DNA of 32,000 bases from Ferroglobus placidus DSM 10642 (GTDB taxonomy: Archaea; Halobacteriota; Archaeoglobi; Archaeoglobales; Archaeoglobaceae), in the NCBI RefSeq assembly GCF_000025505.1, contig NC_013849.1:1740001-1772000 (forward strand), in the 5' to 3' direction. The position numbers and the translations under genes were made by a program. Of this stretch, positions 29,107 to 32,000 are shown in pieces. Each line of letters begins with the position of its first letter. Position 1 is the stretch's first letter. Under the pieces are notes generated by a model that was given only the letters and a program-made list of their open reading frames with translations, had not been told where the DNA came from and did not search any database.

Positions 29107-30376
29107 GGATGAGATAATACGAGACTCTGTATAAAAACGTTAACAGCAAAAAGACGGTAAATAGGACAGCCAACCTTACGGCGAGAAGGGCTGTTTCGGT
29201 TGTTAGGGTGATTGAAAAAGTGTAAGCCGACAAGCTGATACCGTAGAATATCCTCGAATAAATTCTCGCCTTTTCGACGTCGTAAGCAACTTCCGGAATT
29301 GCGAGGATCGAAATTAGCAATGAAAAAGCAAAGAGAAATGCAGAAGCGACGAACATCAGCGATCCAGCAAAGATCGCAACCGCTACTCCGGTGAGCTGTG
29401 AAAGTGATGAAGCGAAAGATAAGAAGAACGCGACGACTTCTCTGCTCTTCGAAAGCTCGGCGAAGAGGAAAGATGCGAGCATTGAGGAACCATTCATTGA
29501 AAACGCGTAGAGAACGGCTATCGCAACGTGAAGTTCGGGGATTTTCGTTGCCGCTATAAGCAAAGGAGAGGTTGCCGCCAAAACTATGGCAATTCTGAAA
29601 CTTCTGTAACTTCTCTTAGCCCAAAAGAACGGAGAGAATATGGTTGTGATAGTTTGAGCGGTGCTTATGGCGACAGCTATATAGTCGGCAGCTTTGAGGG
29701 ATTTCATTACGTACGGCTGCCAGACCGCTCCGATTAAAGCGGAAGCCGATGATAAGAATAGCAGAAAGAGAAAGACGTTTACGGATTTGATCCTCTCCTC
29801 CTCTCCCATTTCTTCCCCGTGTTTCACAGCGAATTCCGTCATTGAAACGAGGAGCGAGGAAATCATGCCAAAAGCTGCGGCTATTGCGTAGAGGTAAAAG
29901 TACTTCGCGGTGCCTTCCATCGAAGCTACAACGAGAAAAGCAGTTATCGATCCGACGAAGTTTGAGAATGAGCCGAAAGATGAGCGATAGTATAGGGTTT
30001 TCTTAACTTCTTCTCCCTCAAGCGAGTAGATTGCGATGTTTAGGAGGGAGGACGTCGGGACGGTCGTCATTACCGCTAAAGAATAGCATAAAGGCAGAAA
30101 GCCGAGAACGTGCGAGATGGGTATTAAGCCCCAGAAAACTCTTTCGAGAACGTGGGACGTTAACAGAACTTTTTTGAGATTGTTGAGCAGAATTCTCCGA
30201 ATTTTAAAGAGCACGTAAGCTAAAAGAGTTGCCGCAGCGTAAGCCTGAAGGTTTAGCCAAAGTATGTCGTAGATCGAATATCCTATCGCAGCAAGGAATA
30301 CCGGTGCGAGGCTTCTGGTTATGTTCACGTAAAATCCAGCGGCAAGTGACTCAAGAGAGAGCTTGTTCACCGACAT
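29093..30376 (-). CDS. MFS-like multi-TM transporter
   Basis: 427 aa, about 12 predicted hydrophobic segments. Confidence 0.65.
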   Translation of the reverse strand: MSVNKLSLESLAAGFYVNITRSLAPVFLAAIGYSIYDILWLNLQAYAAATLLAYVLFKIRRILLNNLKKVLLTSHVLERVFWGLIPISHVLGFLPLCYSLAVMTTVPTSSLLNIAIYSLEGEEVKKTLYYRSSFGSFSNFVGSITAFLVVASMEGTAKYFYLYAIAAAFGMISSLLVSMTEFAVKHGEEMGEEERIKSVNVFLFLLFLSSASALIGAVWQPYVMKSLKAADYIAVAISTAQTITTIFSPFFWAKRSYRSFRIAIVLAATSPLLIAATKIPELHVAIAVLYAFSMNGSSMLASFLFAELSKSREVVAFFLSFASSLSQLTGVAVAIFAGSLMFVASAFLFAFSLLISILAIPEVAYDVEKARIYSRIFYGISLSAYTFSITLTTETALLAVRLAVLFTVFLLLTFLYRVSYYLIHGSA

Positions 30377-30415
30377 CGTAGTCTCTTCAAATCAGTGGCA
30401 TTTTGCTTGTAAACT

Positions 30416-31507
30416 TTGCGTAGTCTCAAAAGAATTATATCTGGTCAATCAGAAAAAAATATTATGCACATTTCAAAAGAGCTCGAAAAGAAAATAGCTT
30501 TGCCTCCCGCTACACCAGTATTCGTTGGAGAAAAGAAGTCGGAGGAAGTAAAAATCACGGCAGCGATTTACGACGAGAAATCTGCGGAATTCGAGGAGCT
30601 AAAAGTTGAAGATCTGGAAAATATACTTAATTACGATAAAAAGCTCTGGATAGACGTTACTGGCATTCACGACGAGGAAGCGATCTCTAAAATCTGCGAT
30701 ATTCTCGGAATTCACCCCCTCGCCGCTGAAGACGTTCTCAACACAGCCCAGAGGGTGAAGGTTGAAGACTACGACGATCACCTCTTTATAGTCCTAAAAA
30801 TTCTTCTTTACGATGATAACCTCGAAATAGACCAGCTCAGCGTGGTTTTGAAGAAGAACCTTGTTGTGACTTTCAAAGAAAGAGAGTACCAGATTTTCGA
30901 TTTGATTCGTTCAAGGCTGAAGAAGGGAGGTAGAATAAGAAAATTCGGCGTCGATTATCTTGCCTACGCAATAATGGATGCGGTTGTCGACAGCTACTTC
31001 GAAGCGCTTCTGAAAATATCGAGTGAGGTTGAGGTTCTGGAAGATGAGGTCGTTTCCGGAAATAGCGCCCTCATCGGGAAAATTCACGGTCTGAAGAGAG
31101 AAATACTCGCTTTCAGAAACGCTGTATGGCCTCTTAGAGACGTTCTCAGCTTCTTTACAAGAGTCGAGCACGATTTAATAGGAGAGGAGGTGAAAGTGTA
31201 TTACAGAGACGTTTACGATCACGCCGTCAGGCTTATGGAAGTCCTCGAAACCCAGAGGGAGCTTGTTGTCGGTCTGAGAGAGCTGCTACTGTCGGTACTG
31301 AGCAACAAGCTGAACGAGATTATGAAGGTTCTGACGATGATCGCAACGATCTTTATTCCTCTCAGCTTCATCGCAAGCGTATACGGCATGAACTTCAAGT
31401 ACATGCCGGAGCTTGAGTGGGAATACGGATATCCCACAGTCCTGATCGTAATGGCTGTCATTGCCTTGGTTGAAGTAGTATTCTTCAAGAAAAAAGGGTG
31501 GATCTGA
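30416..31507 (+). CDS. corA: CorA-family magnesium/divalent cation transporter
   Basis: C-terminal TMIATIFIPLSFIASVYGMNFKYMPELEWEYGYP (GMN motif) and two TM helices; start may be the later ATG at about 30461. Confidence 0.92.
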   Translation: MRSLKRIISGQSEKNIMHISKELEKKIALPPATPVFVGEKKSEEVKITAAIYDEKSAEFEELKVEDLENILNYDKKLWIDVTGIHDEEAISKICDILGIHPLAAEDVLNTAQRVKVEDYDDHLFIVLKILLYDDNLEIDQLSVVLKKNLVVTFKEREYQIFDLIRSRLKKGGRIRKFGVDYLAYAIMDAVVDSYFEALLKISSEVEVLEDEVVSGNSALIGKIHGLKREILAFRNAVWPLRDVLSFFTRVEHDLIGEEVKVYYRDVYDHAVRLMEVLETQRELVVGLRELLLSVLSNKLNEIMKVLTMIATIFIPLSFIASVYGMNFKYMPELEWEYGYPTVLIVMAVIALVEVVFFKKKGWI

Positions 31508-32000
31508 TGGTGAGAGTCAGAAAGAAGGACGGAAGACTTGAGGAGTTCGACAGGACGAAGGTTCTGAAAACTTGCTTAAGGAGCGGGGCAAACGTTGAGA
31601 TTGCTGAGAAGGTTTTGAGGGATGTGGAAGAAAGACTTTACGACGGAATAACCACCGACGAAATACTCGAAATCGTGATCGAATCTTTGCTAAAGCACGG
31701 ATACGAAAAAGCCGCTACTTACGACCTCAAGCAATCTTTACTCCGCTTAGGTCCGGCTGGCTTCAACTTCGAAAAGTTCGTGGCGAGAGTTCTTGAAGAA
31801 TGGGGTTACAGCACGGAGACAAACGTGACTATGAAAGGTAGATGCGTGATGCAGGAAGTCGACGTGATCGCGAGGAAAGATGAAGAGGTTTACATGATCG
31901 AGTGCAAGTTCCACAACCAACCGATTTACACGGGGCTTAAGGAAGTGATGTACACCTACGCCCGCTTCCTCGATCTTTCCGATCACTTTACCGCCGCCTG
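31507..32000 (+). CDS. ATP-cone domain plus restriction-endonuclease-like protein, truncated by window edge
   Basis: MVRVRKKDGRLEEFDRTKVLKTCLRSG...; later NFEKFVARVLEEWGYSTETNVTMKGRCVMQEVDVIARKDEEVYMIECKFH (E...D...ExK). Not in the ORF track because it runs off the end. Confidence 0.75.
   Translation, partial: MVRVRKKDGRLEEFDRTKVLKTCLRSGANVEIAEKVLRDVEERLYDGITTDEILEIVIESLLKHGYEKAATYDLKQSLLRLGPAGFNFEKFVARVLEEWGYSTETNVTMKGRCVMQEVDVIARKDEEVYMIECKFHNQPIYTGLKEVMYTYARFLDLSDHFTAA

Overview
This window looks like a piece of a hyperthermophilic euryarchaeal chromosome, probably Archaeoglobales (inferred from gene content only). It carries a dense housekeeping region at about 1-18100 and an integrated mobile element of about 8.6 kb at about 19031-27711. 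The housekeeping region includes four archaeal membrane-lipid genes (CarS, a Tes-like radical SAM protein, a UbiA prenyltransferase and GGGP synthase), a SepCysS-DUF169-ThiI operon, TYW1/Taw1, DapB and the two fumarase subunits. The element sits in a tRNA-Lys(CTT) gene between two identical 49-bp direct repeats (19031-19079 and 27663-27711). Its integrase is of the SSV/pNOB8 self-splitting type: int(N) is at the right end and int(C) at the left. The left attachment site is fused in frame to a second, different int(N)-like remnant, which suggests two successive integrations and gives a hybrid integrase ORF. The element encodes a Prim-Pol/helicase replication protein, several small ribbon-helix-helix (RHH), HTH and zinc-binding proteins, a two-TM coat-like small membrane protein and a HicB-HicA-like toxin-antitoxin pair. 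It also has a strong iteron-like noncoding region (8-bp phased YGGAACA repeats plus nested inverted repeats) and a divergent regulator switch with a perfect 14-bp inverted repeat. Just left of the element is a two-gene module: an intact HTH gene beside a DUF6516-like toxin gene killed by three separate lesions. A 39-bp perfect direct repeat with dif-like 11-6-11 symmetry flanks the hybrid integrase. A frameshifted DDE transposase, an MFS-like transporter, CorA and the start of an ATP-cone/nuclease-like gene fill the right flank. No CRISPR array was seen.
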